Origin: Malacoraja senta
Taxonomy: Eukaryota
Direction: 5' to 3'
Assembly: GCA_038087875.1 (NCBI GenBank)
Contig: JAXLNO010000659.1
Span: 111,353 to 131,352, forward strand
DNA length: 20,000 nt
Below are positions 1 to 9,361 of this stretch, piece after piece; position 1 is the first letter of the stretch, and the number at the start of each line of letters is the position of its first letter. The position numbers and the translations under genes are program-made. Under the pieces are notes generated by a model that did no database searches, was not told the origin of the DNA, and was given only the letters and a program-made list of their open reading frames with translations.

Positions 1-25
1 GCAGATAATGGTTTAAACCGAAGAT

Positions 26-117
26 AGATACAAGAAACTGGAGTAACTCGGCGGATCAGACAGCATCTCTGGAGACAAGGAACATGTGACGCTTCGGGTC
101 GAGACCCTTCTTCAGAC
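26..117 (-). mobile_element. Penelope-like terminal repeat fragment with a minimal hammerhead-ribozyme core (88-115)
   Basis: Minus strand reads CTGAAGA-A-GGGTC-TC-GACCC-GAAG-CGTC, i.e. CUGANGA / helix II / GAAA-like / GUC; related copies at 263-327, 1519-1570 and 5729-5802. Confidence 0.7.
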
Positions 118-262
118 CCTTGTTTAATGCCTGACGAATAAATGTTCTGAAATGGAAAAGCGGAGACTTTGGATATTCCAAAGACACAATAAATACAGCT
201 TGCATGTCATTTGGAAAACAACAAGTGATCCTTTGCAGTCTAAAATCAAAATTAACCCAGCA

Positions 263-327
263 GCCCAATGCAGGGTGGCAATCCGAAACATGTTCTCCAC
301 AGATGTTAGTTCAGCACTTTTGTGTTT
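263..327 (+). mobile_element. Highly degenerate copy of the hammerhead-bearing repeat, inverted relative to 26-117
   Basis: gggtggcaatccGAAACatgttctccacagatg...cagcacttttgtgt resembles the reverse complement of 26-117 with deletions. Confidence 0.5.
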
Positions 328-420
328 CAAGACAACAGCACCAGGGTAGTGGGAGATGGTGGCGGAAATGTTGAATGGAACACAAGCCTTGCTGTACTGT
401 AGACTGCAGAAACCTGTTGG

Positions 421-595
421 GTATGAGAGGTTTAGAGGGATAGAGGCCAAATGTGAAACGAGGTCATCCCTCAGCCTCCTGCACTGAAAAGGAAAAAAAA
501 CTCAAACCTATCCACCTTCTTCTTGCAACCCAAGCCCTCCAGGAAGGACCTCGCTTGGCATGAACAAGTTGGACCGAGGGGGCTTTTTCCGTTAC
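421..595. mobile_element. Composite CR1 fragment: + strand 3' end pieces (421-455, ~550-595) flanking a - strand ORF2 piece (~461-543)
   Basis: aggtttagagggatagaggccaaa and ggcatgaacaagttggaccgagggg resemble CR1 3' ends; the minus strand of 461-543 is a decayed GLSYxERLDRLGLFSLExRRLRGDL segment, compared with the CR1 at ~2210-2290. Confidence 0.55.
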
Positions 596-1035
596 ACCAG
601 GCACTTATCTATTCCATCCTACCATTGACTTATTATTTGAGGAAATTCACACCATGCCACACATTACCTTTGCAGGTCGACCTAATTTCAGTGTTTAGTT
701 ACAACAGGCAGATTACTTAAACAATCTTAAATATTGTCAGATAATTTATTAACCTGGGGCTGAAACACTCTATGACCCCCCATAACCAAACCATGTAATC
801 TCTCAGAGCGGGTGCCATTCTTGACGCGCGCGGAGATTGTGACAGAATCCCTGGTCTACAGACAGGACACAAAGTTGGCGATGTTTCGGATTCACAGGGA
901 CATTGGCCACCCCCTCGCCTCTCAGAGTATTTTTTCCCCTTACATTCTTCCTCTATTTGTGAGCCCTCCCTTTAACTGAAACACTCCACTTGATCGCTCT
1001 CTACTGCAGGGATTTGCTCCCACATTATGTAATTG

Positions 1036-1196
1036 TTTAGAATTTACAGCTTGGGAACAGGACCTTTGGCCCACCGAGTCCACGCCAACCATCGATCACC
1101 CGTACCCAATTTCTCGTTTATCCCACTTTCGCATCCCACACACTAGTGGCACTTTACAGAAGTCAATGAACCCACAAACCTGTACGTCTTTGGAGG
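1036..1196 (-). mobile_element. Truncated SINE (HE1/V-SINE-like) with CR1-derived 3' tail
   Basis: aacaggacctttggcccaccgagtccacgcc...aacccacaaacctgtacgtctttggag resembles the antisense 3' half of elasmobranch SINEs (recognised from memory). Confidence 0.6.
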
Positions 1197-1237
1197 TTTG
1201 CTCCTCCATTCTGCTGGTCACAATAATTATGAATTAA

Positions 1238-1253
1238 CCCCCCCCCCCCCCCC
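1238..1253. repeat. Poly(C)16 tract
   Basis: Direct reading; preceded by ATTAA. Confidence 0.95.
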
Positions 1254-1492
1254 ACCGTCTCACGCACATGGAATTAGTTCTTCTATATACACGGTTTTAA
1301 AGACCCATATCAGGTTTACCGCTTAATTTCCAATTCACCCCCAATCCAAAAGAAAATCACTCCACAGTTCATTTTTAAAGAAAACGTGCCTGGGGACTGC
1401 AAAGAGTTAATAATGTTTGCTACATACACTTCAGTAGTACATAAGTCTGTATATTTAATTCAAACATCAACATAAAATGGATTTGACATTAA

Positions 1493-1512
1493 CCCCCCCC
1501 CCCCCCCCCCCC
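1493..1512. repeat. Poly(C)20 tract
   Basis: Direct reading; preceded by ATTAA. Confidence 0.95.
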
Positions 1513-1518
1513 AATTTG

Positions 1519-1570
1519 GAAATGTCATCCCATTCCTTCTCTCCAGAGATGCTGCCTGCCTGCTGAGTTA
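1519..1570 (+). mobile_element. 3' half of the hammerhead-bearing Penelope-like repeat
   Basis: GAAATGTCatcccattccttctctccagagatgctgcctgcctgctgagtta is homologous to the reverse complement of ~44-95; lacks the CUGANGA half. Confidence 0.65.
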
Positions 1571-1574
1571 AAGA

Positions 1575-1831
1575 GTTCCCACTTGCAGCAGCATAACAGG
1601 CCAGTAAACACAATACTCATAGATAATATACTAAACAAAGAAAATATGTATTTAAAAATCTAGTATTATTGCAAAAATCCCAAAGTCCTTCGTGCAACCA
1701 AGGCAGTTTGTAGTTCATAGTTTAGTTAGCATTTGTAGGGTTCAAGAGCCCGATGGTTGATGGGAAGAAGCTGTTCTTGAACCTGGAGGTCATGGTTTTC
1801 AGATTCTTATACCTTCTGCTCAGCAGGAATA
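1575..1831 (-). mobile_element. Rex1/Babar-type LINE 3' end, left part of an element split by the CR1 insertion
   Basis: Minus strand encodes LSRRYKNLKTMTSRFKNSFFPSTIGLLN, the typical Rex1/Babar C-terminus, then 3' UTR. Confidence 0.75.
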
Positions 1832-3368
1832 CATAGATACATAGAAAATAGGTGCAGTAGGCCATTCGGTCCTTCGAGCCTGCACCGCCATTCAATATGA
1901 TCATGGCTCATCATCCAACTCAGTATCCCGTACCTGCCTTCTCTCCATACCCCCTGATCCCTTTAGCCACAAGGGCCACATCTAACTCCCTCTTAAATAT
2001 AGCCAATGAACTGGCCTCAACTACCCTCTGTGGCAGAGAGTTCCAGAGATTCACCACTCTCTGTGTGAAAAAGTTTTTCCTCATCTCGGTCTTAAAGGAT
2101 TTCCCCTTATCCTTAAGCTGTGACCCCTTGTCCTGGACTTCCCCAACATCGGGAACAATCTTCCTGCATCTAGCCTGTCCAACCCCATAAGAATTTTGTA
2201 CATTTCTATAAGATCCCCCCTCAATCTTCTAAATTCTAGCGAGTACAAGCCGAGTCTATCCAGTCTTCCTTCATATGAAAGTCCTGACATCCCAGGAATC
2301 AGTCTGGTGAACCTTCTCTGTACTCCCTCTATGGCAAGAATGTCTTTCCTCAGATTTGGAGACCAAAACTGTACGCAATACTCCAGGTGTGGTCTCACCA
2401 AGACCCTGTAGAACTGCAGTAGAACCTCCCTGCTCCTATACTCAAATCCTTTTGCTATGAAAGCTAACATACCATTCGCTTTCTTCACTGCCTGCTGCAC
2501 CTGCATGCCTACTTTCAATGACTGGTGTACCATGACACCCAGGTCTCGCAGCATCTCCCCATTTCCTAATCGGCCACCATTTAGATAATAGTCTGCTTTC
2601 CTGTTTTTGCCATCAAAGTGGATAACCTCACATTTATCCACATTATACTGCATCTGCCAAACATTTGCCCACTCACCCAGCCTATCCAAGTCATCTTGCA
2701 GTCTCCTAGCATCCTCCTCACAGCTAACACTGCCCCCCAGCTTAGTGTCATCCGCAAACTTGGAGATGTTGCCTTCAATTCCCTCATCCAGTTCATTAAT
2801 ATAAATTGTAAATAGCTGGGGTCCCAGCACTGAGCCTTGCGGTACCCCACTAGTCACTGCCTGCCATTGTGAAAAGGACCCGTTTACTCCTACTCTTTGC
2901 TTCCTGTTTGCCAGCCAGTTCTCTATCCACATCCATACTGAACCCCCAATACCGTGTGCTTTAAGTTTGTATACTAATCTCTTATGTGGTACCTTGTCGA
3001 AAGCCTTCTGAAAGTCCAGATACAACACATCCACTGGTTCTCCCCTAACCACTCTACTAGTTACATCCTCGAAAAATTCTATAAGATTCGTCAGACATGA
3101 TTTACCTTTCGTAAATCCATGCTGACTTTGTCCAATGATTTCACCACTTTCCAAATGTGCTGCTATCCCATCTTTAATAACTGACTCTAGCAGTTTCCCC
3201 ACTACCGATGTTAGACTAACTGGTCTGTAATTCCCCGTTTTCTCTCCCTCCCTTCTTAAAAAGTGGGGTTACGTTTGCTACCCTCCAATACTCAGGAACT
3301 ACTCCAGAATCTAAAGAGTTTTGAAAAATTATCACTAATGCATCCACTATTTCTGGAGGTACTTCCTC
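1832..3368 (-). mobile_element. 5'-truncated CR1-clade LINE (~1.54 kb), relatively young
   Basis: RT ORF with QHGF, YLDFQKAFDKV, GVPQGSVLGP and KFADD motifs; short 3' UTR; octamer-type tail (TTTCTATGT ATCTATGT on minus); imperfect flanking duplication CAGGAATA (1824-1831) / CAGAAATA (3369-3376). Confidence 0.95.
1920..3366 (-). pseudogene. CR1 ORF2 reverse transcriptase C-terminal part with two frameshifts
   Basis: EVPPEIVDALVIIFQNSLDSG...FKKGGRE / TGNYRPVSLTSVVGKLLE...RGHSLRIR / GKSFKTEMRKNFFTQRVVNLWNSLP...GTGY* (stop 1920-1922); shifts fall in a GA repeat (~3243) and a G run (~2104). Confidence 0.9.
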
Positions 3369-3468
3369 CAGAAATAGTGAATGAAATGAGAGCATGGCCA
3401 GGGTAGTGTGGGTCCATGACAATGCTGGCTGCCTTTTTGAGGCAGCACCTCCTATAGAACCCTTTGAT
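3369..3468 (-). mobile_element. Rex1/Babar-type LINE, right part of the element split by CR1
   Basis: Minus strand encodes IKGFYRRCCLKKAASIVMDPHYPGHALIS, which directly precedes the RRY motif found at ~1815. Confidence 0.75.
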
Positions 3469-3784
3469 TCAGTAAAGTTCAGTAAAGAGATCGGGAATCT
3501 GGCATCATGGCTTGACAATAAAACCCAGCCTTTAACATCTGCATAATGAAAGAGTTGGTGTTGTCCTATGGAACAGGGGTGCAGGAGAGGTGAACACAAC
3601 CCTGTCTTCTTCAACAGCACTGGTAGAGATGGATTCTGGACGTGACTGGCAAACCTCAGATTAGGCTGCCATGAAGTGTCATAAAATGTTCTCACGCTGT
3701 TCCTCAATACTGGTTTGTCTTAAGGTTGTGAGCTCAGTCCCAAATACACAAAATCAATATATAAACTTCAAGCAATTTTTTCTT

Positions 3785-3927
3785 TTCAACTTCTGTCACC
3801 TTATCAATAACTTGGTTAATTTTGTTAAGCAGAATTTGTCTTTAAAAAGTCTATGTTGGTGTTGCTTAACTGATCCATACTTATCCAAGTAACTGATATT
3901 TCTGTCCCTGATTATTGTTTCTAAAAA
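3785..3927 (-). mobile_element. Old, diverged CR1 RT fragment
   Basis: Minus strand reads approximately LETIIRDRNISYLDKYGSVKQHQHRLFKDKFCLTKL, a decayed form of LESVIKD...QSQHGFTKGKSCLTNL. Confidence 0.55.
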
Positions 3928-4238
3928 GAGTTCCCACGGTAGACTCACGAGTCACAAAGGTAAACGCACGGGCCACTACGTTCTTACAACGAGTTTAAAT
4001 GTTTCAAATTTTACCCTCAAGAGTACATTTTACTCGTGGAAAAGTTTAAACATGTTTGAACTTTTTCAAGAGTTAACAAGTTTCACGGGTACCTGCCGTT
4101 AGCGGCAAGAGTCGCTAAGTTGCGTCCACGAGTTCCGACGTTCCCGCTACGCTAATTGTACGTGATTACCACGAGTTAAATTTGTTTTAAACTCGGGGTA
4201 CCTCGTGGGTCAGCTCGCACAGTGAGATAGGGGTTTTA
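3928..4238. mobile_element. Partial MITE (left end missing), CCTGTCCCACT-terminus group
   Basis: CpG-rich, repeated ACGAGT/ACTCGT motifs; palindrome AAAAGTTTAAACATGTTTGAACTTTT (4040-4065); right end AGTGAGATAGGGGTTTTA resembles the AGTGGGACAGGCCCT ends of the other two MITEs. Confidence 0.6.
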
Positions 4239-4239
4239 G

Positions 4240-4455
4240 GTTTGTTATTGTCAAGTACTGAGGTACAGCGAAAAAACGGTGTTTTGCATGCTATACAATC
4301 AAATCTGATAATACAATACTTAAATACAATAAAATCATAAATACTATCAAGCTTTTCACTGTACCCTGGTACACATGACAATAAACTAAACTGAACTGGA
4401 CTGAATGAAACTCGTACAATAAATAGAGCAAAGGGGGAGATACAAAAAAGTGTTA
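4240..4455. mobile_element. Two Rex1/Babar-type 3' tails in opposite orientation (- copy interrupted by a ~55 bp + copy at 4349-4405)
   Basis: ttattgtcaagtactgaggtacagcgaaaa is the reverse complement of the ttttcactgtacc...tgacaataa tail also seen at ~5200-5230 and ~6810-6840. Confidence 0.65.
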
Positions 4456-4925
4456 ATGCAGCCAGCAAATCGGCTTATTAATTCCCACCGTATAAAATAA
4501 CTATTGGATTTCCGTAAAACGAGAGTGGAAAATATTTAGCCAATCAATTGAATATTGTGAATGAGTAATATACAAACTTAAAATGATGATCAGAATTTTT
4601 CTGCCTTTTCTAATAAATACGAGTGGAACTCAGGAGTCTCATACTTCTGCATCTGCATCAAGGCTGGCCAATGTTTGGTTTGATAAAGAATTACTTTGTG
4701 AGACCAAAACAGTCTCACTTCCCATAGACAAATTCGGACTGAGGAATTATTAGGTTTGATGTTAAGGCAATTGTGGGCAAATTGCTGTAAGTGCTTTTTC
4801 ATTTGAAGATATAATCAGTCCTATATCAGGAGAGAAATTATGCAGACTGTGGCCAAATAGAAAGCCACACATTCAGACATTTTCTCACTAAGTTATATTT
4901 TTGCAGTTGTCTTGGTAATACAACT

Positions 4926-5252
4926 GCAAAGGTACAGAAGTTTGAAGACACATACCTCCAGATTCAGGGACAGTTTCTTCCCAGCGTTATCAGGCAAACT
5001 GAACCATCCATTCACCAACTGGGGAGCGGTCCTGACCTCCCATCTGCCTCATTGGAGACCTTCGAACTACCTTTAATCAGACTTTACTAGACCTTATCTT
5101 GCAGTAAATGTTGTACCCTTTACCCTGTATCGAAACACTGTGGACGGCTTGATTTTATTCATGTATAATCCTCGGGTTGACAGGATAGAACGCAACAAGC
5201 TTTTCACTGTACCTCGGAACACATAACAATAATAAATTTAACCAAACTAAAC
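4926..5252 (+). mobile_element. Rex1/Babar-type LINE 3' end
   Basis: Encodes RYRSLKTHTSRFRDSFFP, then a 3' UTR homologous to 6570-6851 ending in AATAAA and (CTAAA)-like repeats. Confidence 0.8.
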
Positions 5253-5366
5253 AGAACCAATGTACCAATTACCTTTGGAATTTAAGATTGAATCAGGTTA
5301 TTTTTCATAAAGGTTGTTTAAAAGTTAAGATATGTACATCAATGACACATTTTTGATTCGCTTCAG

Positions 5367-5563
5367 GCCTTGGCATGTTGTGCTACTGACCTCCTGGCAC
5401 TGTGTGTACTGAGACCACCAGGGGAGTTTGCAGCAGACATTGTACTCGGTAGTTCACAGAGGTACGGAGTGCCACTGTCCTATGGGGGGCCACACGCGGC
5501 ATTCTTCGCTGTGAAAGAAAACCTTGTCAGACTGATGCCCGGGAGAATGGTTGGAGTTACCAG
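5367..5563 (+). CDS. GLDC: Glycine decarboxylase internal exon (equivalent to human exon 7), 197 bp
   Basis: ttcgcttcAG|gcc acceptor, cag|GTacgc donor; translates [66 protein letters not shown], the GcvP/GLDC GGPH region; length matches recalled human exon (c.862-1058). Confidence 0.97.
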
Positions 5564-5728
5564 GTACGCACATGCTTGCTATTGACTAGCCAGTGTCATA
5601 CATGTGACACGGACCATCAATATTTTATCATCTTCTTTAATATTAAAAGAGAATCTAGGAAAAGGCAACTTTCTATTGAATCCAAGTGGAATGCATGTAT
5701 TTCTTTTAGAGTAAAAATGACTGTTGAC

Positions 5729-5802
5729 GTAACAGCCAGTCAGGCAGCATCTCTAGACAACATGGATAGGTGATGTTTCAGGTCAGGATCCTTCTTCAGA
5801 CT
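5729..5802 (-). mobile_element. Penelope-like repeat with hammerhead core (5772-5799)
   Basis: Minus strand CTGAAGA-A-GGATC-CT-GACCT-GAAA-CATC; homologous to 44-117. Confidence 0.7.
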
Positions 5803-6369
5803 GATTGTAAGGGAGAAATAAAAAGCTCTAAAACAAAACCAGAGATATTTAAATGGATACAAATGCTGTTTATTTGTGGCTCCATTGCAGACAACTGTTT
5901 GGGTTTATGAAGGAGGAAAAGCCACAGATGTGAGGTGTTAAAAACATGAGAAGAGTGGCAGGAAGGGTGAAAGTAGGGAGTAATTTCTATATGCTAAGAA
6001 ATTAGACTGTTGATACCAACATTCACTAAGGTCCCTTTGTTTTTATCCAGCGATTAAAGATGCTAAGCATCTTTCACCTACAGGACAATATATAAAACAG
6101 TAGGATGAAAATAAAAAATAATTGCTATGTGGCCAACATTTTGACTCAAAATTACAAGAGTTTAAAAATATTATATTGTTAAAATAAAATATAGCATTTT
6201 CACGTGAAAAACCTTTAAATCGTTTTTTTTTTTTGCAGTGCATCGATTAGCAATGTTCTAGATCAAAATATTTCCTTTATTTCCCTTTTGGAGTTTGAGA
6301 ACAGTAGAGATTTCGATGTAAATAAACTATTTCTGTAGACATTTTATTTTTTGGGATTTTTTATTTTTA

Positions 6370-6851
6370 TGGTTTGGGAACAGCTCCATCCAAGACCGCA
6401 AAAAATTCCAAAGATTTGTGGATGCAGCCCAGGCCATCACACAAACCAACCTCCCCTCCATTGACTCCATCTACACTTCACACTGTCAGTGCAAGGCCAC
6501 CAGCATAATCGGACCAGTCTCAATCCCTCATCTCCCCTTTCCCATCAGGCAAGAAAAATGCATGCCTCCAGATTCAGTGACAGTTTCTTCTCAGCTGTCA
6601 TCAGGCAACTGAACCATCCTATCAACAACTAGAGAGCGGTCCTGAGCTACCATCTACCATTGGAGACCATCGGTCTATCTTTAATCAGATTTCACGGGAC
6701 TTTAGCACTGTACGTTATTCCTTTTATCATATATCTGTACACTATGGATGGCTCAATTGTAATCATGTATGGTCTTTCTGCTGACTGGATAGCACGCAAC
6801 AAAATACCTTTCCTTGTTCCTCGGTACACATGACAATAAATTAAACTAAAC
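6370..6851 (+). mobile_element. Rex1/Babar-type LINE 3' portion
   Basis: Encodes WFGNSSIQDRKKFQRFVDAAQAITQTNLPSIDSIYTSHC and later SRFSDSFFSAVIRQLN; tail gacAATAAAttaaactaaac. Confidence 0.85.
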
Positions 6852-6875
6852 TTTGCAACTGGTTATATTGTACAG

Positions 6876-6972
6876 GGATGCTGCAGGGAAGGAAGTGTAC
6901 CGATTGGCACTACAGACAAGGGAACAGCACATCAGGAGAGATAAAGCCACCAGCAACATTTGCACAGCTCAG
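6876..6972 (+). CDS. GLDC: Glycine decarboxylase internal exon (equivalent to human exon 8), 97 bp
   Basis: tgtacAG|g acceptor, cag|GTaaag donor; translates (R)[32 protein letters not shown], the GcvP signature; phase-compatible with the preceding exon. Confidence 0.98.
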
Positions 6973-7975
6973 GTAAAGCAGTCAGTTCTTTCAACACCAA
7001 CATTAACATGAAATGTGCACATGATTCGAAATCAAACAGAATATGTACAGCACCTTTTTTTCCCTGAGTATTCTATCGGTTCAACATAATGGTATTGAAT
7101 GGACTGTAATTTAAAGAAAGCTTTGGGTTTATCAATCTTCATATTCCATGATGAAAGGCTTGCCTACTGTCGTAATAACCATGATGCCTACAATATTGTA
7201 TTGCGCAAGTGCAGAGTTGTAACTGTATTAATGTAGCTAAAATAACTAAAGCTGATCTGTGGCACTAAAGTCAATAAGTAATTGAATTGTGACCTTGGGT
7301 TAAAAGGAAAACACTATTTACGAACAATTCTCCAAAGCCCAATTATGTTTTCAGATTATCTCACGGATATTTATCTTTTCTTTCCAGTTCAACAATACTC
7401 TCTGCAATGATACAACTTCTGATTCAGTATAAGCATTGATGCACCCCAGTTCCTGCTGTGTATCTTGAAGGTGGTAGAAACAGGGGTTGATTTTGTAGTG
7501 ATTGAACTAATGTTGAAAGGTTTGTCTTGTATCTCACAATGAAACCATTTTCTATACATTGACCAAACTGAGACCCTGAGAATGCTGACGGTGACCAACT
7601 AATTGTAGCATGTCTAGAGTTACAATCCTTCGGCACTGCCTCCAAAAGAAGAACGGGTGTTGGCAAGCGGGGTGGAAGGAGGAGCAGGAAACATGAAAAA
7701 CATTATCATGAGGTACAAGCTAATTCAATCACTGCAAAATCAGAGTTTTAATTCTACTTTCTAAATAGAGAGAGGGCACAGATTGCATCATCAATACATG
7801 GCTTGATTTATTTTGAGTCAGATTATAATTTTGCAAGGGAGATTGTGGAAGTGGAAAGGAGGATGAATATTTCCAGTGAAGGAATCTGAAAATAAGCGTG
7901 CCTTAGCAACTGGCAACGAGAAGTAATTCCTCAAAATAGTATTTTCCTGCAGTCTGTGATGTAGGGATCTTTATT

Positions 7976-9015
7976 TAGGTATGTTACAAAACTTACCTTC
8001 AGTCGCGCTGTAATTCTGCCACTGGCCGTGTGCGCGATTTTGGCGCCTTTAAGGGGGGGCGGGGTTAAAACGCAGTTTCTCCTCCCTTGTCCTGAATTAT
8101 ATTTCGTTGGAGTACAAGCGTTGGCTGACAAATCGTTCCTAGGGGCATTTTGTGAATTTTTTATTTTTATTAAATCGTCAATGTCAGCGCTGGAGTAATT
8201 TTAAAAGCAGCTCCTGAAGCGTCAATGCCGATAACGGGGACGGATTTCACACACGGGACAGGTAAACGAAAGTGGTTTCTTTAAATGTATAAAAGTGCTT
8301 CTTAAGAGGCCTTTAATTCACATTTTTTCATGCGACACGGTGATTTTATTCCCCGAACTAACGGCAGTATTTTTCATGCCAATACGGGGTTAAATTCACC
8401 GCAAATGAACGTTCCAAATGATCGCGTTCCAGAAATCCTCACTCGCAAGATGATTTAAATGCCCATTAATTTACAGGTATTAAACATTCAATTCCTTCCA
8501 TTTGGCCTGTAAATTCATGAAAATGAGATTTTAAAATTATGTTATATTGTGAATTATTGTGTGAATGTTATTTGGACACTTAGGCTATTTAAAAATGTTA
8601 ATCTATTCTTAAGAAATTGATAGATGTTTAGATCTAGTAATTGAATTTTGTAATTAGCTACAATTAGGTAACTAACTAATTATATGCTTTACTTTCATGT
8701 CTTCTAAGTAAGATTGTTTCATATTTGTTTCAGAATGCTTCAATCTATAATAACTGAACATTTCTTTCAGTTATCTTAATTTTTAAGAAAGTTATGGGCT
8801 TTTGACTGTCCTCGATCACAGCTTTTGTGTTAAGTCAATGGAAAAGCAATAGGGAACAAGATGCTAATTTCCGAGTATGAAAATGGCCAAAACCTCTTTA
8901 ATACTGAAGATATGAAAGTGAATTAGGTGTCAAATTAAACTTCTTTTTATGCTTTATCTGATGGGATAAATTGCAGACTTTATTTTTAAAATCTCAAAAT
9001 TTTGTAACATTGCTA
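7976..9015. mobile_element. Non-autonomous DNA transposon, 1040 bp, superfamily unresolved
   Basis: 16-bp imperfect TIR TAGGTATGTTACAAAA / TTTTGTAACATTGCTA (14/16); direct repeat CTTTATT at 7969-7975 and 9016-9022; no coding capacity. Confidence 0.75.
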
Positions 9016-9361
9016 CTTTATTACTCTTAATAAATTTACCTTGCATATATTCCACAGTTCGCTCTTTATAAAAATTGAAAGATTTTTTTTATTTCTGTAA
9101 AATTCTTCACACTGCATGCAGATTTTCCTTTGGCTCACAGCAATGGAGCAGTGGATTAAGTTATAAACATCCAAAGCCTGGATTATGATGGCAGATGTAC
9201 CTTTCATTAACAAGCAATGGGAGTTTCTTTGGGGACCCTTTCAATGAAGAAATTACAACTCTGTAGGCATTTGTAAATGTTTTTGACTACATTTGATTAT
9301 TTAAACTTATTTTCACTACTTACTCTTTTGCATAAAGGTATGCAAAAGAGTAAGCTGGAAA

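Noticed and set aside
3216..3707. 163-aa ORF
   Set aside because: Chance chimera of unique DNA, an off-frame Rex/Babar piece and the CR1 5' end.
5370..5585. ORF-track 71-aa protein as a standalone gene
   Set aside because: It is a GLDC exon read through its donor site into the intron.
7370..7476. Acceptor-like site (tcttttctttccAG at 7387) followed by an in-frame stop, possible poison exon
   Set aside because: Only a weak downstream donor, and no conservation or expression evidence is available; such sites are common by chance.
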